From Lama glama (lineage: Eukaryota), in the NCBI GenBank assembly GCA_028534125.1, contig CM052816.1:58034001-58098000 (forward strand): DNA of 64,000 nt, read 5' to 3'. Below the pieces are notes generated by a model that had not been told where the DNA came from, searched no databases, and saw only the letters and a program-made list of their open reading frames with translations. The position numbers and the translations under genes were made by a program. Positions 36,809-49,284 of the stretch are shown here, piece by piece (within the stretch, counting starts at the first letter, position 1; every line of letters starts with the position of its first letter).

Positions 36809-38149
36809 TAGTCAGTTCTGTGACAAAGTCCTATGGATGAAGATATCTGGTGACTGTGTAAGCCAAAGAACCATATGGTTCCCAGAATCCACCTTCCAGG
36901 TTTGGTAAAGAATTTATTTTAAAAACACTTTCCCCAGAAGAATGAATACAGCTTTTATCTGATATCACTTCAACTACATTAGAGATTTTGGAGACTGGAA
37001 TTTAAAAAGCTAAAGCAATCCATTATTCTTAGATGAGCTTATATGAATGACCTGCTCAGCCCCAGTTATTTCCAAGGTAACTTTATTCGTATCTGGTTTT
37101 AGCTTTGCTTAGATAGCTTTACTGAAAGAATGCTGTTCTGTGTTAACCCTCATTGTGGTTAGACATGTTACTTATGTCTGAATCTCCTTCTAAGCATGAT
37201 AATAGCAAGGAAGAGTGGGGTTGGAGAAGTTTGAGATGGGCTCCAAACAGTGGTGGTGATTTTCACAGTGATTATGGATGTTCTTCTAGAAAATAATTAT
37301 TAAAGGACAGACATGGGAGCCCATAGAGAAAACAATTAGTTATCATTCAGAGTCAGGTGAGTTCAGTTTATCAGTCCGTCTGTGAGTTAATCGACAATTA
37401 CTTATTTTGTCTCTAGTATCGTGACCACAACAAACATGCTTCCTATCATATGGGCTCTTACTAATAAGAGAGACAATAGCACAAACAAGCATTCCAAGCT
37501 AACTTCAGTGCCTTTGCCGGACCGCTGGTCTAGGTAAATAGGCTACGCAAGGACTTTACAAAGTATTTGATAAAGTGTCTCATGATAATCTTGAAGGCAA
37601 AATAGAATAATGTGAGCTGGCTAATTGTATGGTCCCATTTTACACTTGGGTCCAAAAAATTAGCCATTCAAAAACAAAGATGAGGACATGTGGGCCAAGA
37701 GAAGATTTCTTGGAAGAGACTTGGAGAGTGTGGGAAAGAAAAGCCAGTATGACTCAGCACTTCTCCAAAGCTGCTGCATCTGGAGCCTACAGCACGGGAC
37801 ATGAAGGGTTAACAGCAAATCAGCGCTCCGCTGCCAGGGACACTGTGGTCCAGGGGGATGGCTGCTGTCACCTAGCAACTCCATTAGGTGTGGTCTGATC
37901 CACTGTAGTAGACTTTTAAAGTCACAGTCCAATTAGAAGGTTGTTATCAAAACACACCACAGAATATTTTTTAAACTGTACTTTCTGGGCAGAACACCAA
38001 CAGGGAGAGGTCAACGATATAATGCATGCCCAGATTAAAGTACACAATAGCAAACAGGGAGCTCACAAATAATTTGTTATCATTAACAATTAACACTAGA
38101 ACCAAAATGGTTTTATTTAACTCAGGACAAAACCAAGAAAAATATTGAG

Positions 38150-38365
38150 CTGGGTAAACAGAAGGTTTACTATGTGCCTGGTAATATGCTGTGTTTAATA
38201 TGCACTGACTCCTTTAAGACTCTCAGCAGTCTGTCAGGGCAGTGCTATTATCCCCAGTTTGCAGGGAGACACTGACCAAGGCTAGCAAGTGCTAAGTCAG
38301 AATATGAATCCAGGTCAGCCTGACTCCATAGCTTACTCTTACTGTCACTAAACAATACTGCCTCT
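38150..38365 (-). mobile_element. MIR
   Basis: 'tttactatgtgcctgg...ctattatccccagtttgcagg...gaatatgaatccaggtcagcctgactcca'. Confidence 0.75.
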
Positions 38366-38949
38366 TGCAGGTAAAATTTCTCTTTTTATAAATAATGACA
38401 TGAACAACATCAACTTTTTAAAAATGAGAAGTGTGTTTTGATCAAATATTTGTATATTATAGGAAAAATATTGTTATATATTCCCATCAGGTAAAGCATC
38501 AAGCCTATCCTTTTTGTTTGTTGTTAGCATAATAGGAAAAATTCTGTTTTCAAAGCTATATCGCAGAAAAGTAATGGCAAGTGGCAACTCCATGTTTGGA
38601 CAGTCTGATACTCAACACAATTTTGTCTAAAAATCATTAATTGCTTTATATTGTATACCTCAGTCTCAATTTTGGGGGGGAATCTAAACCCACAGTTATT
38701 TATGTTTTCTTTGTAGAATTCTGGTTTTGTGTTGAGTTGATTCAGAAACCGTTTAAGAATAAAAGCTGGCTTTTCATTTAAGACTTTCTTTTCTCAGAAT
38801 CTGATCCATGGGAAATGAGTCTTTGTGGTAAACACAGTCCACATGCAACAGATCATTTCACTCCAACACTGGTGTTCACCTAGTGGTCTCCATCCCTGCA
38901 TTTTTTTGCTTGGGAGAGACAATATGCTTAGCTCCCCTCTATGGATCTC

Positions 38950-39425
38950 GATTTCTTTAAACCAGTTATAATAACCCCATTCCCTTTTGTCAGACACCTA
39001 CTTTCCTGACCTCCCTTGCAGCCAGCAGTAGCCATGGAATCCAATGTTTACCAATGAAATATATGGGTGAAGTGTACTAGAGGAGGTTTCAGGAAGGAGT
39101 TTATTTTCAGATAAAAGATCAGACACAAGAGGAAAAGCTTATTGGAGTCATGCGTGGTCAACTTTCTAGTCTACTTGCTTCTTACGTGAACACGTTGCCT
39201 GAAAAGGCAACCTCCTTTGTGACCATGAGGCAACATGCTGAAGACGCCTGAGCAGAAATTAGAAATGCCTGGATCTTTGGTCTGGTTATGGAGTAGTTGA
39301 AACAAGCCTGACACTGCCTACCTCCCAACTACTTAGAAGATAAGAAAACCAAAATTTTAATTGTGCAAGCCACTGTTAACCAAGTTTCCTATTTCTTGGT
39401 ATTAAAACCCTCTTTAACTATTACA
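38950..39425 (+). mobile_element. MaLR solo LTR, MLT1J/K-like
   Basis: 'ctttcctgacctcccttgcagccag...gtgaccatgaggcaacatgctgaagacg...ctgcctacctcc...aagccactgtta', ending 'taactattaca'. Confidence 0.75.
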
Positions 39426-40492
39426 CATCATAAACATATGTTGAATTTATAAGACAAAGTATCCCAATGACACATGTCAATACACTGTTTGCTTGGACAG
39501 TGCTATTGAGATTACGTCACACGCTCTTGCATTGGTGATTTCTTCACATTCTTGGATGTGACAGGTCACTTCCAAAAGGCTTGTTACCACTTTATAACAG
39601 GAACAACTATATAAATACACTTAGCCTTTTTTATCTGTGTTCAACACTAAATACATTTTAAAAGAATACCTATTGCTGGCACTGATTTTTCCTCCAAGGA
39701 TCACCTGTGACTATCTGACGTCCCCTGAATTGGAAAAGGCTGACCCAGTAAGCTCCTCTCTTCCCACTTACAGCCATCCCCCATGCCTACAGCTTAGCTC
39801 CTTGGGTGAATAGACTGTAGCTATCTATGGTGGTGTGCTCCTTAAAGGAACCCAAACACACTCAGAAAGCACAATTCCTGAACGTTGCACTTGAGGAATA
39901 AAAGTGAAGCAATCACAGATGTGATGCCTGTGAGTTCTCAACACTCAGTTTGAAGCGACCATGACACCTCAGACTGGTGCTCCAGATCCAGAACTGCGTG
40001 GCCCAGAAGGGAATGGGTGGGGGGTGCAGACCTAGGATGATGAAAGACTAGGACACAGGCTGCCTCCTAACTCAACCCTGGGGAAGGTGATTCCCCAGTG
40101 AAGAAGGATTAGACGTAATTCAGAGCTGAAGGACTAGCTACTTGCTATTAGACATAATCATGCTGAGTAAACTTTCAATCAAAACTAGTCACTTCCTTTT
40201 TCATACTATGGTAATTTACAATTAGTCATCTTTTTTGCCTTTGTAAGCTTTCAAGTGAAAGACACCCTTCAGGGTGATGTGGACTGGATGGACCCAGTTG
40301 GTGATTTTAGTCAAAATTCTCATCCCTAGAGTGAGCCCCAGTAGGTGCGTAGAAAGCCCCCCATTCTCCACCCCCTACTCCACTTCATGTGCTAATGCTT
40401 ATAAAACAACTCAGAGTCTGCTCGTGGTAAACACCCACAGATAACAGCCTTCTCTCCCAGCCCAGACAGAGTTCTCTCTCAGCACAACTTAC

Positions 40493-40589
40493 TATTTCCC
40501 ATGAATAACGGTCATTGTCACTAATGAGGAGGGTGATGGTCACGCCTTGTTCATGTCCAGTCAGATCATACCTTAAAGTGTGCAGCACA
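40493..40589 (-). other. Exon-like segment (97 bp), single open frame VLHTLRYDLTGHEQGVTITLLISDNDRYSWEI
   Basis: On the minus strand: acceptor 'ttgtctcttttacag' and donor ATA|gtaagt; no partner exons established. Confidence 0.25.
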
Positions 40590-40659
40590 CTGTAAAAGAG
40601 ACAATAATAAAATTCCCCCAGCTAAGACTGAAAATTCACATCTTCTGAGAAATGGCGGA

Positions 40660-40812
40660 TATACTGGGAATGTCCAGCCTAGACTAAAGAAGTCTTAGAA
40701 GAAATGTGTTTGATGTCTTCAATTCCATGAAGGGCTCTCATGTTCAAGACGACTTTGACTTGTTCTGTTTGGGCCCCAGAGGATGTGAAATAAGATCAAT
40801 GAGTAAAAGGAC
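40660..40812 (+). mobile_element. CR1/L3 fragment
   Basis: 'ctgggaatgtccagcctagactaaagaagtctt...gtcttcaattccatgaagggctctcatg...gacttgttctgtttgggccccagagg'. Confidence 0.65.
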
Positions 40813-41883
40813 TATAGAAATTATTTTTTATGTCTATCTCCTTTAGCAGTGTGGCTCTCAGGAATCCTGAGCTAACTTAAGGGAGTATTGACACTGTTGG
40901 CTTGAAAATTTAGTCAACATGGACAGCAAGCATGCCCTTGTTCTAGCCCAAAACAGACCACAGAGATTTCACCAACAAATTGTAAGCTACCAAATTGAAC
41001 TCTGCTCATAATCCTGCCCCTTCCTCACTGTGATCTGTAACAGAAGGGACAGGAGACATCTTTAATCCTGGCTTGTCTGGGGCCCTGTCTCAGGCCTTGA
41101 CAACCAAAGATTTGTAACACCAGCATGAGGCTCAGTGTTATGCTTTGAAGAAGGAAAAAACCCAAATATTGCATATGCTTGGACAGGTTGCTGGAAATGA
41201 CAATGTTATTCTAAAGCAATTTGTTAGGGGTAATAAGAAAAAAAAAACCTAGGAAAGCCATTATGTAAATAGAGGTTATTTGTGGCAATTCAAAACCACC
41301 TGTCTTGAAGAAATAATGTCAGTGGAGGGGATGAGAAAGTTTTCCCTGGTCTGAGTTATTATTCCTCCTTGCCATTAATATCAGGCCTGTATGATTACTG
41401 ATGTTATTTCCCTACAAGGCTGCACATCTTCTCTCCTACCAGAAGGTAGGTACTCTTTCTTAGGCATTATTCACCCTTGAAACTCCAAAATCCCCAACAT
41501 CTATCACCCCACCAATGCCCCTCTGGGCCCAGAGGGATGGTGATAGGCTCACAGTGAGAGAAGAAGAGGTAGCATTTTTCATGAGGATGCGGTGGTGATA
41601 GGGGAGGTGATCCCTCTTCCTAGCCTCTGGCCCAAGTGTCCTGAGGTTACCAGTAGAACAGTTGTTCCTCTCTGTTAGCAATATCTGAGCCCAACTCTAC
41701 CTGCCTAAAAAGATAAACCAGGCAAAACTCACCGCAAGAGAAAGTCAAGGAATTTATTTAAAGCTGTGATAAATATAACTTCATACACAGAGTCCCTGAA
41801 CACTTAATAATACTACTACTACTACTAATAATAATGATAAGAAGAAAACAATAGTAATAAAGGACACTGTAGTCAGATGGCAG

Positions 41884-42378
41884 TTTTTTTTTTATTAACA
41901 GCTTTATTGAGGTATAATTTTCATGCCATAAAATCACCCATTTAAAATCTATAATTTAATGATTTTCAGTAAGGTTATAGAGTTGTGCAACCAACAGCAC
42001 AAACTTACTTTTATATTATTTCCATCATCCCCCAAAGAAATCTCATGTCCACTTACAGTTATACCTCACTTCCACCCTCACCCTTAGTCAACCTCTAATC
42101 TACTTACTGTGTCTGTGGGTTTGCCTATTTTGGACATTTCATACAAATGAAAGCATACAATATGTGTTTTTTTGCTCTGACTTCTTTCACTAAGCATTTT
42201 TTCAGGTTCATCTATGTTGTAGCATGTATCAGCACTTCATTCCTTTTAATTGCCAAATTATATTCCATGGTATGGGTAGATCATATTTGTTTATCCATTC
42301 ATCAGTTGAGGGACATTTGAGCTGTTTCCATATTTAGCCTGTTGTGAATAATGCTGCTATGAATATTCATATACAATA
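41884..42378 (-). mobile_element. L1MB-like 3' end
   Basis: 'ttttttttattaacagctttattgaggtataatt...tttgcctattttggacatttcatacaaatg...aataatgctgctatgaatattcat'. Confidence 0.9.
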
Positions 42379-43815
42379 ATTTTGAATTTTAAGGGTTTAT
42401 CTAAAATCTTATCTCTTCTTTCCAATAGGCTAAAAATTGTTATAAATATCTAGATTCTTCCATCTGAGTGCCGATATTTGGACCTGGTTCCTTCACATCT
42501 TTCTTTTTGTCTGCCCTTGCCCATTCTTGTGTAACAGCAACCAGTACCAAACTGCTTGCTCATCCTCCAGAAGGCTTTATAGACTCCACCAACACACCTA
42601 TTTAAAACATCTTATTTCAGTATGTTTTAATCAACTTCCTTTTGTTCTGTCCCAAGGTTTTCAACTGGACTCCATCCATCCTGGTCTCGTGAGGCATAAT
42701 ATAAGGGATGCTTTCCGGACATGGAGACACAAATAAAAGCCTGGTTCTTGGTAATTTTGGAGTGCAAAACTTAGATTCCAGATAGGGCCAGCCATTAGGT
42801 AAAACCAGCCATATCTTCTCTAACAGTTTGCTTTTTAACTAACCATGTAACTCATGGTTGGGAGCAGAAGATTCAATTCCACTTTAGAAAGAAAAAAACT
42901 CACTCATTTAAACTCGGAATAAGTTTAAAACTGAGCAATGCTTTTATTAAAAAAAACATTTTTATGTTTCCCCTTTTATTCAGATCTCAAAAGATAGTAC
43001 ATATTCAACCTGTATCTCCTACAAAGAAAAGTAAGATTTCCATGTATTCTAATGAAGACTTAGTTCATAATATCCAATTGGTAAACTTCGTGACCTTGAT
43101 ACTTTGGGAAACTGGACTCCAATAGCTAAAGGAGGGATGGGATGGATTTTTATTTCATGCCTTGGCATAAACATGTATGCAAACACAAAAACCCCTCAAG
43201 ATGATTAAAATTCCTCAAGAAGAGTACAATTACTGACTTTTTTTTCCGTAAGGAAGGATTCCTCAAAGTTCTCTAACCCTAACCACCAATTCAGCCTATA
43301 ACCTCAAGGATAATTCTCCAGGTTTCCCACCTACGGGTAAAAGGAAGAGGTTGGACACATTTATAGACAGAGCTCTAAAAGCTGAGGAATAAAAAGCCTG
43401 GGCATAAGCCCCAAGCCTGGTCTGAAAATGTCCCAGGTCATTTTCTCCCAGGTTATCCTTGTCCCCTTCAGATTTCCACTTTCAGTAGTGAGCAGGTATG
43501 TTTCAGAAGGTAAGTTTTCCAGCAACTCTCCAGAGTCTTGTCCCTCCCATCAAAAAGGGGTAGTATCCCAAAGCCCTTTTTTCTTTAATCAGTTCATTCA
43601 AGGGATAAGGCTTGTTTTTAATGGTCAGTTTCTCCTTTCCAAAATTTCTGGGAGTAGAGACTTTTGTGAGTACGGGAAGGAAGGAACAAAGTCTTATTTT
43701 TCTATCTAATCCTGCTCCCCCTTTGTGGCAAGAGGGATTTATTTCTTCACTCAAAATCAAAAGATAGTTTACCAGAGGAATTTAACCTTCCTGTATTACA
43801 ACCTGAAGAGTGCTA

Positions 43816-44323
43816 TGAAGGAGATCAGGATCACCCTAAAATATGCCAATTTGGCATAAGGATTATTTTAAGCTGAAAATGACTATGAATGAACAGATGC
43901 AGAGAGAGTTCTTAGCCTTCATCTTTTTTGCCTCAAAGCAGGGCATAAATTTCCCTTTGTGAAGGTGTCCCCCACTCCCTGGGAAAAGGAGAGCTCTCAT
44001 ATCACTGGAGACGGAGTCAACACCAAAAAAGCAAGTTTGTGTAAATAGGTCTTACTAAAATAAGCCCTCCCAAATATTTCCTAGTCACTTCCCCATAATC
44101 TAATCTCCCTTGAAGCCCAAATTCCCTTTCATTTAAAGGGTATATAAGCTCCCAAGTCTAGCCACTTCTTTGAGTTTTACTTCTTTTCTGTGAACTATCA
44201 TGCATGTAAAACATTAATAAAAATTGTATGCTTTTTAAAATTAATCTGTCTTTTGTTAGTTTAATTCACAGGCATCTGATTACAGAACCTAAGAGGGTAG
44301 AGCAAAAGTTTTTCCTCCCCAGA
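43816..44323 (+). mobile_element. ERV1 solo LTR, MER34-family-like
   Basis: Start 'tgaaggagatcagg...caccctaaaatatgccaatttggcataaggattattttaagctga'; TATA 'gggtatataagc', AATAAA; end 'agaacctaagagggtagagcaaaagtttttcctcccc'. Confidence 0.85.
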
Positions 44324-44362
44324 AAATCTCCTGTATAGATACTGAGCATTTGTTAGTTAAAC

Positions 44363-44450
44363 CAAATGTAGCACCTGTACAAAGATGTGTTTAACCTATG
44401 TGTTTCTTAAAAGGTCTCCCCTAGTGACTTTTTAATGATATGATCCATAT
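44363..44450 (+). repeat. 88-bp dispersed direct repeat, copy 1
   Basis: 81/88 identical to 48098-48185, no gaps. Confidence 0.95.
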
Positions 44451-44675
44451 AGTGACCAGAACCCCTCCACAGGGCCCTATATAAGTAAGTCCTTTTAAAT
44501 TTATATTTGAATGCCACTTATACATTCAGATTCTTCTGCCTCAGTCTGAGTTGACTCTGTCATAATTCAGTACAAACTGCATAGTTTTCAAAATACTCCA
44601 TACCTGTTTTACTAGTTATGGCTCATTAGGGGTCCTATGGAATAACTTAAAGGAATACAGAAATTACTGTCCCTT

Positions 44676-45314
44676 TGAGACAGAATGGAAGAGAGCAGGG
44701 CACAGCCACTCAAGGAGTGACAGCAATTTAACACCAAAATAGTGGCAGATTCAACTATTTGTTGACCTTGAGGATTAAGAGGTTTGACTTCTGGTAGACC
44801 TTGAGCTTCATTATCTGCTCATTGTAACAGCCTGATAAATAACATGCCTGTAGGCACCATGACAGTCCCAAGGCTAACCACAAAAGGTCAAAGAATGGGT
44901 GGTGGCCCAATCCCTGGTAATCTCAGCCCCTTCCCCAGGGCAATTGGAATGGTCCCACATAGTGGAGGCATGTGAAGCTTCTGAGCCCATAAAAACTGAC
45001 ACCACCACACCTCGCGGCCTTTTTCACTCACTTCTCTTTGGAGATGGCCCACACTCTGTCTATGGAGTGTGTACCTACTTTTACTTTAACCTGAGCACCC
45101 AATTCCCACACCTCTTTCCTTGCCTTTCTCTTGCCTTACACTCTATGCAGTATGTATCTCTCTAAATAAATCTGCCTTTACTCAATGGTGTGTCGCACTT
45201 GAATTCTTCCCTGTGCAAAGCCAAGGACCCACACTTGGCAGGGCACATTCCAGGGGCTCAGTCGAGACCTGGGACACAGCCCTCCTCACGCCCCAAATCT
45301 GTTTTCCTGCATCA
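44676..45314 (+). mobile_element. ERV solo LTR (~640 bp, family uncertain)
   Basis: TG...CA ends, TATA-like 'cccataaaaactg', 'aataaatctgcc' poly(A) signal, U5-like 'cttgaattcttccctgtgcaaagccaaggaccc'; no clear TSD. Confidence 0.7.
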
Positions 45315-47432
45315 TCTCGTGGCATGGGAGTCAGAAAATTCCCTTCTAAAAATCTTTATAAAGTGTTAAATTATCATATTTTTTCAAGTCTTACATAATT
45401 TTTCCTTCATCCCATTACTGTTATTCTACAGCAATTAGTCTGGACAATACAAAAACAAATAAAAACAAAGAGGATACCATTACACTAATGTGCGGCCAAC
45501 TCTGATGGCTCGATATTTTTTTGATTTGAAAGAGTAAAGTCAGATGATGAGGGAGGATAGAGTATTTGAGAATTTTTTGCTTGGCTGAGTTATTAAACCT
45601 CTTGGAAGGATTATTTGGCTTCTTCATGATTATTAATATTATTCCTCAATAGTTTGGGGTCCAGAAAAATGTGAATCATGTATCAATTAGAGCTGCCCTT
45701 TTAACAGAATTGGGTCTTAGGGAACTAGTGAATTTCCCACCAGTAGTGTGGCTAACTGAGGGAATAAATGAACCTCTAGCAGCATCCACTTGAGGTGGTT
45801 ATGAAGGTGGCCTATGCCCATGCTCAGTGGACACAAAACAGAGGGCAGTGGGAATCACTAATGTCACAGGTATTCTGAAACCCCATGCTTCCATGAGCCT
45901 CTGGTTAGCCTCAGGTGGCAAAAAGAAGACAGATATAAGCAATCAATATGTTGATTCTACATTCCACTCACTCTTTTAAGTACTTCGGGGAATTTAATGT
46001 GTTCTTCCTCCGTTTCATTGATTGTGCAATTCTGGTTCCTTTAGGAAGCCTCACAATTTATCAAAGCCTCTTGGCAATTTCTTATAAATAAACTGCAATC
46101 CCAACAAAAAATATTGATGGAACAATTTCTGTCCAAACCCTCTGATCAGGCTCTGATATAAACCCTGTGTTTTATTCTAGCTTGCTTTTTATTGCCTAAT
46201 GAGTAGAATTTGCTTTGTGGGAAGACACAGGCTGTCACGCTTTTATTTCATTTCAAGAATTCTGAGGCTGTTTCAGTTCTGGCCGAGGGAGTTGTACTAC
46301 TTTCTGGCTGAATCATGCTTCAGAAAAGGAGCTCTGTGAATTTATTTTGTAAAGTGTTTTTAACACTTTCAGGCTATAGTCAATGAATAGCTGAAATTCA
46401 GAATAATAGAAATTTATCTCTTATCTCATTCCATTGACCAAAGGCCTGTGTGAGGATTGTCATCTGATTGCTGAGATGAAAACATACTAATTGTCCCCAA
46501 ACTAAGATTGGGACAGCGTGGTGGATCTGGCAGTCGCTTCTGGGAAGAGAGTATGGAGAGTCCCTGCTTTGTGTCTTTCTCAGTCATCATACAGCACATC
46601 GGAATGTTATCCTTTCCCTGGGGGCCACGCTACTATGGGTCTCTTGGACACATCCCTGGGCTGGCTTGGGCCCAGGATCCAGTCCTCCCAAGCAAGACAA
46701 TTTCAATGAATATCAGCTTGGATGGTAATAGGCCCAAAGGTTTATTTATTTTGCCCTCAGAGGAGAGCATGGGGGCATCCTAATCCATTTTTAAGTCAAG
46801 CACTTGGTTTTTTCTTGTTTTCCCAGAAGATCTGACTAAAGAGGGCCTAAAACAGGAGCGATTTAGATGAAGAATAAGGAAGAACTTTCAGCTAGTAGAT
46901 GTTGAACTGCCTCCCCCTTGAACTGGAGTTTTCCTAGAAGGGAAGATGAACTATATCACCACTTAAGTTTGCTTCTGGCTGAAGAGCTCTAAAATTTCTT
47001 CCTGGATATGGTTTCTATTTTTGTTGCAGCAGAAAGATTTGATTTCAAAGACAGATAGGAAAACTGTGTGTGGGTGAACCTCTGGGGCAGGAATTCTTAA
47101 CACGAGGTCCCTGGCCTCTAACTGATGAGCACCAGAGGCCTATGAACTCCCAAAATTGTATGTGAAATTGTGTCTCCATGGATACTGGAAGGAGAACATT
47201 CACAGCTGCCATCAACTTCAAAAGGGAGTTTATGATTAAAAAACAAAAACAAAAAGAACCAGTGAAGAATGACTGCTGTAAGAAGAGTTTGCTTAGGGAG
47301 GGTGATTAACTCTGATGCCGGCTGTTCGTTTGTGAGCCTTTGCATGTGGTGGGAAGATGAGGTAGAGGCTGGGGAAGGTGGGACAGAGAAGCCTTCACTA
47401 ATGGAAGGCTGAGGGACAGGGTGCCTCCACCC

Positions 47433-47985
47433 TTATTTATTCATTCATTTGCTCATCAAATATTTATTGAGCACCAACTATGTGTCAGGCACTATTGCAG
47501 GCACTGCAGATATAGCCATGAACAGAACAGATGAAGATTCCTGCCTTTATGAAATACACACTTGAGGAGGTGGCAGGTAATAAATAATAAACACAACATG
47601 AGTATATTACATAGTGGAGCCAGATGAGAGGGACTGACTGTGAGGAGGGGACAAGCAGGATGGTGGGCGGTGGTCCATTTGTACTCTAACACAGGGCAAA
47701 TCTCAAAGAGAGGGTGTTATTCTATCAAAAACTTGGAGGTCAAAGAGTTTACCTGGAAGATGTTTTGTATCTGGGGGCAGACCATTCTAGGAGAAGAAAT
47801 AGGCAATATGTCCTTGAGATGGAAGGGAGAGGAATATTTCATGGGAGACCAGTAAGAAGTGATCCAGGTGGGACAATGGTGACGTGGACCAGGGTGGCAA
47901 CAGTGGAAGTGGTGAGAAGAGGGAGGATTCTGGACATATTTTGAAGGCAGAGCCAATAGCATTTCTTTATGGGGTGGGTGTGGAG
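47433..47985 (-). mobile_element. L2 (L2a-like) fragments
   Basis: 'ttcattcatttgctcatcaaatatttattgagcaccaactatgtgtcaggcact' and 'ggaccagggtggcaacagtggaagtggtgagaagagggaggattctggacatattttgaaggcagagccaa'. Confidence 0.9.
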
Positions 47986-48097
47986 TGTATATCAGCACTT
48001 CTCAGCTCCTCCTCCTCCAGGCCTCCTCATCATTGGATACTCTGCCCACTCTCCAACCCAGGTTGGCCCATGGCCTACATCTATACAGTCCAGTGTA

Positions 48098-48185
48098 CAA
48101 ATGTAGCACTTGTACAAAGATGTGTTTAACCTATATGTCTCTTAAAAAGTCTCCTCCAGTGACTTTTTAATGATATGACCCATAT
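48098..48185 (+). repeat. 88-bp dispersed direct repeat, copy 2
   Basis: 81/88 identical to 44363-44450; abuts a truncated MER33-like element. Confidence 0.95.
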
Positions 48186-48438
48186 GTGGCTAGTCTGAAT
48201 TGAGATGGGCTTTAAGTGTAAAATACACATAAAATTTGAAGATTTAGTACAAAAAAGTAAAGTATACTGGTAATTTTAAAAATATTGATTATATGTTGAA
48301 ATGTTTGGATATACTGGGTTAAATAAAACATTAAAATCAATTTTTATCTTTCTTTGTATTTCCTTAATGCAGCTAACAGAAAAATTAAAATTACATACAT
48401 AGCTCATATTATTTTTATATTTCAATGGGACAGCACAG
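48181..48438. mobile_element. hAT-Charlie MITE, MER33-like, one end missing
   Basis: 'atgtggctagtctgaattgagatg...taagtgtaaaatacacat...tttgaagatttagtac...ggacagcacag' followed by 'gtctagaa'. Confidence 0.8.
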
Positions 48439-49104
48439 GTCTAGAAGGTATTTGAGAGAACAGTGGTTACATTTGAATCAAGAGTCCCTCTGGGTTCATT
48501 CTTTCAAGAATGGAGAAGATGATTTGAGTGATAAAGGGCAATACATTTCCAAAATACTTGTTCTGTAGAGACTCACATGCTGCTTTCTTTGAAAGAAATG
48601 AGCTATTTGTCCATGTGCAGAAACCCCAAGTTGGCCCATCCATACGTTATCAACAACCAATGACTAAACCCAGCTTGTAGACGCCCCTGAGAAGTCACTG
48701 CTCCAGACAATCAGAGATTGATCCCCCTCCATCATCTGCAGCAGCACCCCAAGAAGCCCTGTGGTGGCAATTCCTTAGGTCCAAAACTACAACCTCCAAC
48801 TTGAAATATATTTCATATCGACCCAATGGCCTTAGGTGAATGTCTAAACCCCTGGTGAGCTGGACAGTGTCTGAGCATCTCTGTTGAAGATGGGTACAGC
48901 TGGAGCTGTCCATTTCTGAATTCTTTTCCCCATTCTTCCCTGTTTTATAGAAAGGATAATGCTGAATATCCTGATTAGCAAAAATGGCTTTATACCCATG
49001 GGTCAGAACCTTGGAGGAGGGGGACTGGGGACTCACATTTTTATCAAGCTTCACAGGTGATTTTGATGCTCCTTGAAGCTAGAGTTGCTATAGAGAAAGG
49101 ACAA

Positions 49105-49195
49105 CACACACATCTGTATATATGTATATATGTGTGTGTACGCGCGTGTGTGTTCATGCTATGAGAGAGTGAGAGAGAGCTAGAGAGAGAGAGAT
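49105..49195. repeat. Compound (CA)/(TA)/(TG)/(GA) microsatellite
   Basis: Directly visible. Confidence 0.8.
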
Positions 49196-49263
49196 CTAAC
49201 AACAGAAGATCAATATGAGTGACCACAACAACAAAAACCTCAACCTATTTTCATTGCTTGGGA

Positions 49264-49284
49264 GGAAAATTCCACCCTGAGTCA
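49264..49284. promoter_or_regulatory. Adjacent NF-kB-type and AP-1 motifs
   Basis: GGAAAATTCC (49264-49273) and TGAGTCA (49278-49284), 4 nt apart; motif match only. Confidence 0.35.
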
